Shown piece after piece: positions 49,737 to 59,322 of a stretch of 64,000 bases of DNA. This DNA is from a virus, in the IMG/VR virus record IMGVR_UViG_3300031952_002809, positions 32,001-96,000 of that record; one strand, 5' to 3'. The notes under the pieces were generated by a model, which saw only the letters and a program-made list of their open reading frames with translations, was not told where the DNA came from and did no database searches. Within the stretch, counting starts at the first letter, position 1, and each line of letters starts with the position of its first letter. The position numbers and the translations under genes are program-made.

Positions 49737-50304
49737 CCTTACTTTTTTACTATTGGGGATTCCTCTGTATGCAAATGTTGTTCTCACTGATTCAGAATAC
49801 GATGCCTTGCTTCAGAGATTGAAGAGTGACAAATATTTATTGGGCATTGAGAACATTCGGTGGGAGGAATTAAAGAAGAGTAAGCCAAAAATAACATACG
49901 AGATAATAGATGACACAGTTGTAATTCAAACTATTGAAATACCCATCTACAATAGCAAGCCTCTTATTTATGAAGTTAAGTTTGCTATAGAAAAGAAAGA
50001 TACTCTTAAATGGGTTCCCTGGACATTTCAACTGTGCGGAATGTTTGAAACGAATTATTCAGTTGGAACCAAGTTCAATATATATCCAGATGCAAAGCTC
50101 GGCGTACGATTCTTTAGCACGGCTCCGGCGGGAATAAAGTTTCTTACTCTCGGGTTTAATGTTTTTGTTGGTATACGCTCGACAGGATTATCATTGAGTT
50201 ATTCATTACCAAAGCCACTGAAGAATACATCTATTCACTTTTATGTTGGTGTTGCTTATACAGCAAAGGTAGCATATGGCTTTGGAATAAGTTTAAACTT
50301 TTAA
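49705..50304 (+). CDS. Secreted protein with amphipathic beta strands and C-terminal Phe (outer-membrane protein candidate)
   Basis: MKKLIRR + hydrophobic signal peptide; ends YGFGISLNF. Confidence 0.55.
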   Translation: MKKLIRRLVSSLTFLLLGIPLYANVVLTDSEYDALLQRLKSDKYLLGIENIRWEELKKSKPKITYEIIDDTVVIQTIEIPIYNSKPLIYEVKFAIEKKDTLKWVPWTFQLCGMFETNYSVGTKFNIYPDAKLGVRFFSTAPAGIKFLTLGFNVFVGIRSTGLSLSYSLPKPLKNTSIHFYVGVAYTAKVAYGFGISLNF

Positions 50305-50307
50305 AGG

Positions 50308-53300
50308 ATGCATATGGGTATAGGTGATAGATTAGCCGATTCAAATTATATACCGAGTACAGCTTCTAACGTAAATCAATTTGATTATGTACAAGTAGTA
50401 AAGTGCCCCGTCACATTTACAAATGATCCTCTTGAATATGCTGAGGGATTTCTTCAATACAAACTAAAGCCTGTGCAGAGACAAGTTCTTGAGGATTTAT
50501 TTACTATCGGCGCTGATGGAATGCCTGTGTATAATCATGCTGTGTTCATAAGCGGAATGCGCTGCCTCGGTCTAGGAACAGAAGTTCTTATGTATGATGG
50601 CACTCTTAAAAAAGTTGAGGATGTTGCTACAGGTGATCTTCTCATGGGTCCAGATTCAAAACCGAGAACTGTCTTATCAACAACATCAGGAGAGTCAGAA
50701 TTGTACAAAATAGGGCAATCCTGTGCTATGGAATATGTTGTAAATGAAAGTCATGTATTATCCCTTAAAAAGGCTCAGTCAGCAAAAGGAGCAGCCTCTA
50801 ATGCATATGGAAATGCATTCGATAGATTTACTGATTACCCTGATATAGTAAATATATCTATAAAAGACTACTTAAGTAAATCAAATAAATGGAAATACTT
50901 TTTTAGAGGATACACAGCAGGATGTGTTGGGTTTGATTACCAAACAGTTCCAATTGATCCATACTTACTTGGTGTTTGGTTAGGAGACGGAGTCAGCAGA
51001 TGTTTACAGATATGCAGTGCTGATACAGAGATAGTAGACTGGCTAAAGAACTATGCAGTAGAACAAAATTTACTGGTTAACGCATATGAAAAGAAGGACA
51101 ACTTAGCTGTCGATTATACTCTTTCTAAAGAAAGAAAAGAATTTAGACATTCAAATCCAGTTTGGGAAGAATTTAGAAAACTAAAACTTGAACAAAATAA
51201 ACATATACCTGATTGTTATATAGCAAATAGTAAAGATATTCGTCTTAAGGTTTTGGCAGGTATTGTGGACACAGATGGTACCTATGTAAAGCACGGTTAT
51301 GAGATAACGTTAGCAAATGAAAAGCTGATTAAAGATGTTAAAAGATTAGCGGACTCCCTAGGATACCGAACTAATTTAAGAAAAAAGATAACAACATGTC
51401 AAGTTAAGAGTTTTGTTGGAGTTGCTTGGAGACTTTCCATACATGGTTCTGTATGGGAGATACCTTGTTTAATTGAGAGAAAGAAATATAAACATACTGG
51501 AAAATATTCTAATAAAGAAAATGGATTATCTTCTTTAAAAGTTGAGTCAATTGGTAAAGGGAAGTACGCCGGATTTACTGTGGATGGTGACAATTTATTT
51601 TGTTTGTCTGATGGGACAGCCACCCACAATAGTGGTAAGAGCGTAACTGGGGGTATAATAGGATCATTTCTTCTTCAAAAACTTCTTGCTATGGATAATC
51701 CTGGTGAACATCTCGGGCAAGTTCCTGGCCAAAAGTTTGTTGCAGAATACATCGCTACATCAGAACAACAATCGAAGCAGACCGCGTACGCATCGTTCGT
51801 AAATATTATTTCCAACACAGACTGGTGGAGAAAATATATTGGATATCTTCGAGAGCGAGAGCTCAAGGAAGGAAAAGAAACTCTTGTACGAATATTGGAC
51901 AAGAGTATTATATTTCCATCAAAGAATCTTGAGGCGCATAGCCTTCATAGTAATAGTGCATCCATAGCTGGCTTTACGGCATTCTTTGTGTGCTTTGATG
52001 AGATGTCTCGATTTGATGTGAGTGATACTGATGTGCAACAGCAGAGTGAAAAACGATCCGCTCAGGCAGTTTATTACACTGCCGCTCGAGCAGCAAAGAC
52101 ACTTAATGGATTCAGTAAAATATTAACGATCACTTCTCCTATGTATGAGACTGACTTTGGTATGCAGTTGCTGTATATGTCCAAAGAAGTCAAAGCAGGA
52201 CCATCCACAAAAAAGATAATTGATGCGTTACGAACTAGATATACAACCCGTGTTGATGATATAATAGGATACCATTATTGTACATATGAGGCTAACCCAA
52301 AAACAGATGCTGATAAGTTTGGATATACTTCAAAATCATTTGATGCTGAGAAGGCCGCTAACTACTCAGCTTTCATGCGTGACTATATGGCTATTCCTCC
52401 TGCTGCCATTAGTCCTTTCTTTGAACTTCCTGAGCGTATAGATAGGTCTGTATACACTGGAAGAGATCCTCTTGTTATATTTACTGATGAGTTTATTCAC
52501 AAGCAAGTAGGTTCTGAATTAAGGAAATATATAGGGAAGAGAATACAGGTAATCAATTCAAATAAAATTCAGAAGTACTTTATCTGCTGTGACCAGGGTG
52601 CTGTGAAAGACAGCTTCGTTGTTGCTATGGGGCATGGAGAAACTTCCGTTGTTAAGATACCCGATGCTCGTGGAAATATGGCTGAAACAACACGTCACAA
52701 AGTAATAATAGATTTCGTTGAAGCGTGGAAACCTAATAAGGAAGAACGTATTACAGTATCGTTTGAGAATGTTGAGGATGTCATTAAGGTTCTTAACAGT
52801 TGCTATTATATAGACCGCGTAGTATTCGACCAATGGAGTTCAATTGAGAGTATTGAACGTCTTTTCTCTGAAGGAATTATGACAAAGAAGTTAGGAGCTG
52901 ATCTTGAGATGTATGAAACGTTCAAAATACTTCTTTACAGCGGAATGATTGATCTTCCTGACAATGATAAGTTGCTGACAGAATTACGACAACTTAGTAT
53001 AATTAAAAACAAGAAGATAGACCACCCTCCAGAAGGTTGTTTCTCTCAAGAAACACGAATTCGATTGCTTAATGGAACAGCACCAACTATTGGAGAACTG
53101 GCTGCCTTAGGACCTGAAAATGAATTTTGGGTATATTCTTGTTTGCCAGATGGAACAATTGTTCCAGCACGCGCTTATAATGCACATAAGACAAAAGATG
53201 TTACAGAGCTAATTCTTGTAAAATTAGATAACGGAGAAACAATTCGTTGTACGCCTAATCATTTATTTATGATACGTGATGGTACATATGTACAAGCTAT

Positions 53301-54408
53301 GGATTTAAAGAAAAATTATTCTCTTATGCCGTTGTATACAAAATATAAAAAAGTATCAAAGAGCAAGAAGCTATATGAATTAGTTAAGATAAAATCAGAT
53401 TGGCGGTACACACATAGGGTTGTTTTTAAATTTCTTAATGGTTGGGCAAAAAGAAGTGGTCATGCTATACACCATGCTGATTTAAACCCATTGAATAATT
53501 CTCCAGATAACTTAAAAGCAATGCTTGTGAAGGAGCATGCTCTACTGCATGCAAAATTAGTAGAATCAACAAATTCTCCAGAGAGAAATAGGAAACGATC
53601 AGAAACTCTTAAAAATATGTATAAAAATAATCCAGAATTTAAAAAGTTGAAAAAGAAAAATCTCATTGATGCTGCAAAAAATTATTGGGATTCACCTGAA
53701 GGTAAGGCACGAAGGAAAGAACTATCTAAAACTCAACTAAAAGAAGCTCAGAAAAAGAGATGTTCTACTATATATAAAAAAAGGATAGAAGCTCTTGGAG
53801 ATAGTTTTAATTACATAATTTCATATAAACAATTAAAGGCTGTTGGGGGAGACTTACTATACTGGAAAAAACGTTTTTCAAAGGAAGATTTTATAAAAAA
53901 TTCTAAAAAGTTGGAAAATTTGAATATTGAAGATATTGAAAGTAAGACACGACTTCAGTTTACTTCTGTTAAAAGAATCATAAAAAGATTAAATTATCCT
54001 GAAAAGAATAATCATAAAGTTGTTTCTATTAAAAAAATAAAATTAAAGTCTCCTATACCTGTTTATGATATAACAGTTCCTGTTTACAATAACTTTGCAT
54101 TGGATTCAGGTATTTTTGTACACAATAGTAAAGACTTAGCTGATGCTATTATAAGAGTAGTTTGGTGTGTCTATCTCGATTCTATCCGAGATGCTGTCCA
54201 TGGTAAATTTATGCTTCCTATTGGTCAGCAGCTGTCTACAGTCAGATCGGTAGCTACGGCTTTTGAAATAATGAAAAGTGATATAAGAGATGAGATGCCA
54301 AACTATGGAATCTTTGCTCCAGCCGGTTCAAGCAAGAGTGTATTTGGAAAATCGACTATTGTTCAGGGAAATGTTATCCCCAATATAGGGGACACGTATT
54401 TAAAATAG
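50308..54408 (+). CDS. terL: Terminase large subunit with two inteins
   Basis: LKPVQ, Walker A GMR|SGKS, Walker B CFDE, ITSP, nuclease CCDQG..KDSF, FDQW and IDHP.EG|SKDLADA. Confidence 0.92.
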   Translation: MHMGIGDRLADSNYIPSTASNVNQFDYVQVVKCPVTFTNDPLEYAEGFLQYKLKPVQRQVLEDLFTIGADGMPVYNHAVFISGMRCLGLGTEVLMYDGTLKKVEDVATGDLLMGPDSKPRTVLSTTSGESELYKIGQSCAMEYVVNESHVLSLKKAQSAKGAASNAYGNAFDRFTDYPDIVNISIKDYLSKSNKWKYFFRGYTAGCVGFDYQTVPIDPYLLGVWLGDGVSRCLQICSADTEIVDWLKNYAVEQNLLVNAYEKKDNLAVDYTLSKERKEFRHSNPVWEEFRKLKLEQNKHIPDCYIANSKDIRLKVLAGIVDTDGTYVKHGYEITLANEKLIKDVKRLADSLGYRTNLRKKITTCQVKSFVGVAWRLSIHGSVWEIPCLIERKKYKHTGKYSNKENGLSSLKVESIGKGKYAGFTVDGDNLFCLSDGTATHNSGKSVTGGIIGSFLLQKLLAMDNPGEHLGQVPGQKFVAEYIATSEQQSKQTAYASFVNIISNTDWWRKYIGYLRERELKEGKETLVRILDKSIIFPSKNLEAHSLHSNSASIAGFTAFFVCFDEMSRFDVSDTDVQQQSEKRSAQAVYYTAARAAKTLNGFSKILTITSPMYETDFGMQLLYMSKEVKAGPSTKKIIDALRTRYTTRVDDIIGYHYCTYEANPKTDADKFGYTSKSFDAEKAANYSAFMRDYMAIPPAAISPFFELPERIDRSVYTGRDPLVIFTDEFIHKQVGSELRKYIGKRIQVINSNKIQKYFICCDQGAVKDSFVVAMGHGETSVVKIPDARGNMAETTRHKVIIDFVEAWKPNKEERITVSFENVEDVIKVLNSCYYIDRVVFDQWSSIESIERLFSEGIMTKKLGADLEMYETFKILLYSGMIDLPDNDKLLTELRQLSIIKNKKIDHPPEGCFSQETRIRLLNGTAPTIGELAALGPENEFWVYSCLPDGTIVPARAYNAHKTKDVTELILVKLDNGETIRCTPNHLFMIRDGTYVQAMDLKKNYSLMPLYTKYKKVSKSKKLYELVKIKSDWRYTHRVVFKFLNGWAKRSGHAIHHADLNPLNNSPDNLKAMLVKEHALLHAKLVESTNSPERNRKRSETLKNMYKNNPEFKKLKKKNLIDAAKNYWDSPEGKARRKELSKTQLKEAQKKRCSTIYKKRIEALGDSFNYIISYKQLKAVGGDLLYWKKRFSKEDFIKNSKKLENLNIEDIESKTRLQFTSVKRIIKRLNYPEKNNHKVVSIKKIKLKSPIPVYDITVPVYNNFALDSGIFVHNSKDLADAIIRVVWCVYLDSIRDAVHGKFMLPIGQQLSTVRSVATAFEIMKSDIRDEMPNYGIFAPAGSSKSVFGKSTIVQGNVIPNIGDTYLK
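50563..51630 (+). mobile_element. Intein (356 aa) with LAGLIDADG endonuclease in terminase Walker A
   Basis: CLGLGT...ATHN|S junctions; LLGVWLGDG and LAGIVDTDG blocks. Confidence 0.93.
53038..54126 (+). mobile_element. Intein (363 aa) with HNH endonuclease in the terminase nuclease domain
   Basis: CFSQET...FVHN|S junctions; YTHR, HHADLNPLNNSPDNL...EHALLH. Confidence 0.92.
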
Positions 54409-54418
54409 GATATTTATT

Positions 54419-54778
54419 ATGGCAAGACAATCACCGCAGCAAGGACCTTCAGAAAAAATGCCTACCCTTGTTCTTCTGGCAACAACAGGGGCTGCAGGAA
54501 CAACAAAAAACTACAACTTCATAGACGGATCAATTGTTTACTATGAAAAAATCTTGAAGAGTGCTTTCTCATATACAATGATCGACAATATCGGTGCAGG
54601 AGAGATTCGAGTAACATACAATAGGCCAGCCTTAAGTTTAGTTACATACATAAATGGCGCTAAAACTCTAAAAGCTGGGGATTCCTTGTACGTAGAAGAA
54701 GACGTATGGCACATTAAAATATACTTTGTACAGGATTCCACTGTCGAATTGGTTTTAAAATCTGACAAAGATATTTAA
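54419..54778 (+). CDS. Hypothetical beta-rich protein
   Basis: 119 aa ORF directly after terL. Confidence 0.65.
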   Translation: MARQSPQQGPSEKMPTLVLLATTGAAGTTKNYNFIDGSIVYYEKILKSAFSYTMIDNIGAGEIRVTYNRPALSLVTYINGAKTLKAGDSLYVEEDVWHIKIYFVQDSTVELVLKSDKDI

Positions 54779-54855
54779 TTTTTACATTATTATACTGGAA
54801 TTTCGACGAGTCTAGCCTTAAAAACTCCCTCAACCGCAGTATTTTTTTCTTTTAG

Positions 54856-55236
54856 GTGATTTACATGAATCAACGAAACCCTTTTATGATGCGATCTCAA
54901 TTTGTACAGGAGTCATCTGACCAAGTTAGACAGCCTGTTCAACAAATTGAAGTTGCTATGAAGCCCTCGTGCCAGCCCCAGGGTAGCTCACGGGAGAATC
55001 AGCTTCTTGCTGACCTTGCATTTGAAAGAAAGCGCTACGCTGAAGTTGAATTAGCGCTACTCAATCAGAAAGTAAATGCAGTGCACTTACTTATTCAGAA
55101 TTTTGAGATGAAGATTATGCAACTGAGGCGAGACGCTACAACCTATACTAATGAAATCGCGGATAAAAAAAGAGAGATTACTGCGCTATCCAAAGACTAT
55201 GAGGATAGAAAAAAAATAATTACTGAGTCTGTTTAA
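54856..55236 (+). CDS. Coiled-coil hypothetical protein
   Basis: 126 aa helical ORF (start may be 54865). Confidence 0.6.
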   Translation: MIYMNQRNPFMMRSQFVQESSDQVRQPVQQIEVAMKPSCQPQGSSRENQLLADLAFERKRYAEVELALLNQKVNAVHLLIQNFEMKIMQLRRDATTYTNEIADKKREITALSKDYEDRKKIITESV

Positions 55237-55267
55237 CAACTAATGATGTGTAATAAAGTGGAAGGAA

Positions 55268-55567
55268 ATGTTTATAAAAGCACAGTCTGCAAAAATAGCG
55301 TTACATCGGCGGTCAGCAGGATCATCGCCGACAACAGCAACATGGTACAATGAAATATTTGATGTAACACTGGGGGTAGTCACTAACAAAAAAATTACAT
55401 TAGCAGTTGCTCCGATAGTGGGTAGCGAGTCTATCATGTTAAACGGACTTGTTTTGTATAAGGCAGCAGACTGGGATTATTCAACAATGAATGGAAATGA
55501 AATTATATTTTCAAATGATTTAGAGCTGACGGTAGGAGATACGATTAGATCAAAATACCAAGCTTAG
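55268..55567 (+). CDS. Small virion protein consisting of one L...P..GSE...LNG...DY...I.F...GD module
   Basis: Paralogous to the C-termini of 55660 and 33323. Confidence 0.7.
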   Translation: MFIKAQSAKIALHRRSAGSSPTTATWYNEIFDVTLGVVTNKKITLAVAPIVGSESIMLNGLVLYKAADWDYSTMNGNEIIFSNDLELTVGDTIRSKYQA

Positions 55568-55659
55568 ACTAGAAGATGAAATGATACAATATTAACCCCA
55601 ATAAGATGATGCATTAGAAATTGTTTGAACAATTTTTGCTTCTTTAAGGGAGAAAACGC

Positions 55660-57195
55660 ATGAATACAAAAATTCGCGGAAACTCCCAAATTATGGATCT
55701 CACCATTGATTTGGGAAGACTACAGCAAAGCTTTATAAATTCAAGTACAGGTGACTGGAATATTACTAATGGTACACAAGATGCACTCATTACCGGTTTA
55801 AAATTACAACCTTTAAATGATTCAGACGCATCATCAAAATGGTATGTTGACCAAAAAGCCTTGTATGCAACTGAGTGGAAATTTTCTGTTCAATTTGCTA
55901 CTTCGACGGGAGGTGCTGGTACATACAGTCCAACAGGTGGAGCTTCTGGAACCGGTGCATTTACCAGTGTAGATTTTACAGGTGCTTCTGTATTTGATCT
56001 TGGTGGGCACACTGTTCTTGTCGGCGACCGTGTTCTCGTTAAAGACCAGGCTGATGCTAAACAAAATGGTATCTATACTGTAACATCAACAGGTGCTACT
56101 GGAGGGCTTGATCGAGCACTAGATCAAGATGGTGCACCAAGTGCAGAAGTTTCTATTGGTAATGCTACCTATATTGAAAACGTAACTAGCGGAGCTACAG
56201 GAACTCACTGGGTAGTTGTCAAACCTGCAGGATATGATGGATCAGGTGTTCTTGTACTTAACGTTGATAATATTGAGTGGACCCAGTTTTCTGGTATCGG
56301 TACGTACACAGCAGGAGATGGTATCGCTATTTCGGGTACTACCATATCTGTTAAGGCAAGTGATATTATTGATACGGCGTATGGTTTAACTACAAATCTC
56401 AATGATATCCGAGTTAATCTTGATGCTGCTGGAGCACTTTCATTTGATGTCGGAGCCATTCAAGTTAATGTAGACGACTCTTCAATAGAGATCAACATTT
56501 CTAATCAGCTTCAAGTTAAGGCTGACGGTATTAAAGATAGTATGATCGATTGGGGAACATCAACTGGACAAGTTTCCGGTGGAGATATTCCTCTCGTAGA
56601 TGCTGGTGACTACTTTGCTATTAATAATGTTGAAGATGCACTCCAACAGATAGGGTCATCTTTAGCAAGTAACTATGCATTCGGAACATTCGTTCCTACT
56701 GCAGGTGCTTCTATTGTTGCAGAGACAACTGCTGATACAGCGACTCTTACTGCATCTGATGGTGCTATTAGGATAACCGGTACTGCTCTGACAGACACCC
56801 TTGATTTTACGATTACTTCAACGGGTATCAAAGACTATATGATTTTTTTCAGCACCTCTACCGGTGGTGTGAGTGCAGCAGATATTCCAGTTCTTGATAC
56901 TGCTGATTACTTTACAATCAATAATGTCGAAGCAGCGCTTGCTGAGTTAGCAGCAAATACACCAGGTATTGCATACATAGAAGTAATTGGAGAGCTTCCA
57001 ACACTGAATACTAACTTGGAAACAGCAACGTTATTGAACAGTCCTATTGCTGGATCTGAACAAGTCTATCTCAATGGCGTTCGCCAGATTAGCGGATTAA
57101 GTTATGACTACACATTAGCAACGAATGTTATAACATTCACTGCTCCAGGACTTCGTCCAGGTGATATTGTTGTCGTGGACTATCGTTACTTATAA
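55660..57195 (+). CDS. Virion fibre/decoration protein
   Basis: ASKWYVD-like motif, GDRVLVKDQ....QNGIY, WTQFSG..YTAGDGI.ISG and NNVE.AL repeats. Confidence 0.8.
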   Translation: MNTKIRGNSQIMDLTIDLGRLQQSFINSSTGDWNITNGTQDALITGLKLQPLNDSDASSKWYVDQKALYATEWKFSVQFATSTGGAGTYSPTGGASGTGAFTSVDFTGASVFDLGGHTVLVGDRVLVKDQADAKQNGIYTVTSTGATGGLDRALDQDGAPSAEVSIGNATYIENVTSGATGTHWVVVKPAGYDGSGVLVLNVDNIEWTQFSGIGTYTAGDGIAISGTTISVKASDIIDTAYGLTTNLNDIRVNLDAAGALSFDVGAIQVNVDDSSIEINISNQLQVKADGIKDSMIDWGTSTGQVSGGDIPLVDAGDYFAINNVEDALQQIGSSLASNYAFGTFVPTAGASIVAETTADTATLTASDGAIRITGTALTDTLDFTITSTGIKDYMIFFSTSTGGVSAADIPVLDTADYFTINNVEAALAELAANTPGIAYIEVIGELPTLNTNLETATLLNSPIAGSEQVYLNGVRQISGLSYDYTLATNVITFTAPGLRPGDIVVVDYRYL

Positions 57196-57201
57196 TGCCC
57201 A

Positions 57202-57243
57202 AAAAGTAGCCGTGAAAAGGATCTTGCGGCTACTTTTACTTTT
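57202..57243 (+). terminator. Intrinsic terminator (possibly bidirectional)
   Basis: AAAAGTAGCCG...CGGCTACTTTT stem followed by T-rich tract, right after the 55660 stop. Confidence 0.8.
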
Positions 57244-57258
57244 ATCTAGGATATTACT

Positions 57259-57702
57259 ATGAAAGAAAAAGAATTTGCACACACAGCTTCGCTCGACCAA
57301 CTAATAAAGCAAGCGCATACTAGTAGATATATCTCAAGAATGTTTGTCTCTGTAACATTCGATGTGTCAGCAGATACCTATACTATAGATACTTTGGTTA
57401 ATAATATATTTCTTGAGGTTATTCGTAATGATGCTAGTACACTTAATGACCTAGCTCTTCTTATGCAAGAGCAGACCATGAAAGAAAATGTGGATAAAAT
57501 TTACAATGAATATTTAAAATCTCTTATGAATGATGTAAGCGATACTCTTAACAATGCAGGTGAGGGTGATGTAAATTTATCGGTAGCAAGCCAACCAAAG
57601 TTTGAATTAGATAGATCTTTTGAAACAGATGTTAAACTCTATATCGAAAGAGTCTATCGAGACGACTTTGAATTATATAGGGATGATTTTAAAACACTAT
57701 AA
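57259..57702 (+). CDS. Hypothetical protein
   Basis: 147 aa, AGGA RBS. Confidence 0.65.
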   Translation: MKEKEFAHTASLDQLIKQAHTSRYISRMFVSVTFDVSADTYTIDTLVNNIFLEVIRNDASTLNDLALLMQEQTMKENVDKIYNEYLKSLMNDVSDTLNNAGEGDVNLSVASQPKFELDRSFETDVKLYIERVYRDDFELYRDDFKTL

Positions 57703-57720
57703 TAAAAAAGGATTACTGTC

Positions 57721-58233
57721 ATGCATTTTAAAAGAATAAAAAATCTTGATGAACTTATTAAAAAAGCTATCGAAAAGAAACAAGAACCTTCAGCCGAAGA
57801 TATTCATGGGAGAGATGAAGACCTTCCAGAACCACCAGATCCTGACCTTACAGAGTTTGAAGAACCTACTGATGAAGAAATTGATGCTGCTATCTCCAGA
57901 GAAGAAGCTCGGCATGAGAACATATTTGGATCTTCTCTCAATAATAAAACAGCAGTTACTGATCCAGATGAACTTTCTGCAAAGGATACTTTAGAAGAAA
58001 AAGATAAATCGTTACCAAAAAATATGGTAAAGGATTATGAAGGGCGTGCTCGATCAGAACGAGAGGCTGGAGGAACTATAGAAATAAATGAGCGTCTTCC
58101 ATACATAGCTATTAACATGTCAGATGGATCTGAATATTTCTTTCAGGATGAGGAAGCAAGTATGCTGCTTGACGAAGTTCCTGATAATATACATGCAGAA
58201 GATTTTATATTAGCTATAGCGCAGGGATGGTAA
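57721..58233 (+). CDS. Acidic hypothetical protein
   Basis: 170 aa with a disordered acidic N-half and small globular C-domain. Confidence 0.65.
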   Translation: MHFKRIKNLDELIKKAIEKKQEPSAEDIHGRDEDLPEPPDPDLTEFEEPTDEEIDAAISREEARHENIFGSSLNNKTAVTDPDELSAKDTLEEKDKSLPKNMVKDYEGRARSEREAGGTIEINERLPYIAINMSDGSEYFFQDEEASMLLDEVPDNIHAEDFILAIAQGW

Positions 58234-58291
58234 TCTGTGGAATGTGCATTACCATTAGTAACTGAGGAGTAAGGGTGGCAGCAATTTTTCC

Positions 58292-58708
58292 ATGGCTGCT
58301 ATCATACAGAACTGCTCTTGTACTATGGGGGTGATCGCAATGACTATGAAGGATCTTCAGAATATAGTGCTAGAAATTCGGGATTGTCGAAGGGAAGTAG
58401 GGGATTCTATATCTAAAATTTCAGATAAGCTGGACATCCAAAGTGAAAGAATAACTTCAGCTGAGAAAGACATTGAATACTTATCAGAAAAATTAAATGA
58501 AAAAGAGGGGCATGTTCATAAGGATATTGATGCTTGTATTGAAGCGTTACAGAAATTCAAAAAAGAGGAAGTTTGTGAATTAGTAGTAAGAGCGGTTAAA
58601 GAAGAGTCATTAAACATAAAATTCTGGGTTGCAATAAATTTTGTAGGCGTTGTATGTTTTCTACTCTGGTCACTAAGAGATTTCATTTCAGCTATACTTA
58701 CTAAGTAA
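58292..58708 (+). CDS. Coiled-coil protein with C-terminal TM helix
   Basis: Heptads followed by FWVAINFVGVVCFLLW; true start may be 58340. Confidence 0.6.
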   Translation: MAAIIQNCSCTMGVIAMTMKDLQNIVLEIRDCRREVGDSISKISDKLDIQSERITSAEKDIEYLSEKLNEKEGHVHKDIDACIEALQKFKKEEVCELVVRAVKEESLNIKFWVAINFVGVVCFLLWSLRDFISAILTK

Positions 58709-58719
58709 AGGGGGATGCT

Positions 58720-59034
58720 GTGGAAATTCATAGTAACAATTTAACAGATTCTGATATAGAAGTAGCTGTTCTGGTTGCCCCTTCAATTTTTGATAAATTA
58801 CGCCTTGATAGGTTTCTTCCAGCTCCAGCCTCACAGGAAATCCAGGTTATTTATTATATAAGGTTGATACTAAGTAGTATTGTAGCAGTAACAATGACAT
58901 TCTTGCTTATTTTTATATTGGTGGGTATAAACGAAAGTAATGCACTTCTAAAAGAACAGAGCAGAATTTTAGAAGAGCAACGTAGGGCATTAGACAGACA
59001 AAATATTATTTTGTCTATCGATAAAACTAAATAA
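58720..59034 (+). CDS. Single-TM membrane protein
   Basis: Hydrophobic helix followed by a short coiled coil. Confidence 0.55.
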   Translation: MEIHSNNLTDSDIEVAVLVAPSIFDKLRLDRFLPAPASQEIQVIYYIRLILSSIVAVTMTFLLIFILVGINESNALLKEQSRILEEQRRALDRQNIILSIDKTK

Positions 59035-59045
59035 GGGAGGAAAGC

Positions 59046-59294
59046 ATGAGTATGACTACGATGGGTTTCGATGAAGCATTAAAAAAGATAAAGGAGGATA
59101 TGAAGGCATATCGTATTGGCTGGGCGGTTCCTGGTAAATATGTTATTCTTTATAAGCCAACTAGTGGAGATCCAATACGCAAACCGTATATTGCGCAATG
59201 GAGTCCATATAGCGAGCTGACTCCTTGGGTTCCATCAACGACTGATGTGTTGGCAAATGATTGGGTTGTCGGAGAACCGGTTCGAGAAGATTAA
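59046..59294 (+). CDS. tad2: DUF2829 family protein (Tad2-like signal-sponge candidate)
   Basis: MGFDEAL..IK...KAYR.GW...PYI...PWVPSTTDVLANDW matches the DUF2829 consensus. Confidence 0.75.
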   Translation: MSMTTMGFDEALKKIKEDMKAYRIGWAVPGKYVILYKPTSGDPIRKPYIAQWSPYSELTPWVPSTTDVLANDWVVGEPVRED

Positions 59295-59322
59295 TAAATT
59301 AAATTTTTTAAGGGGGTACGTC

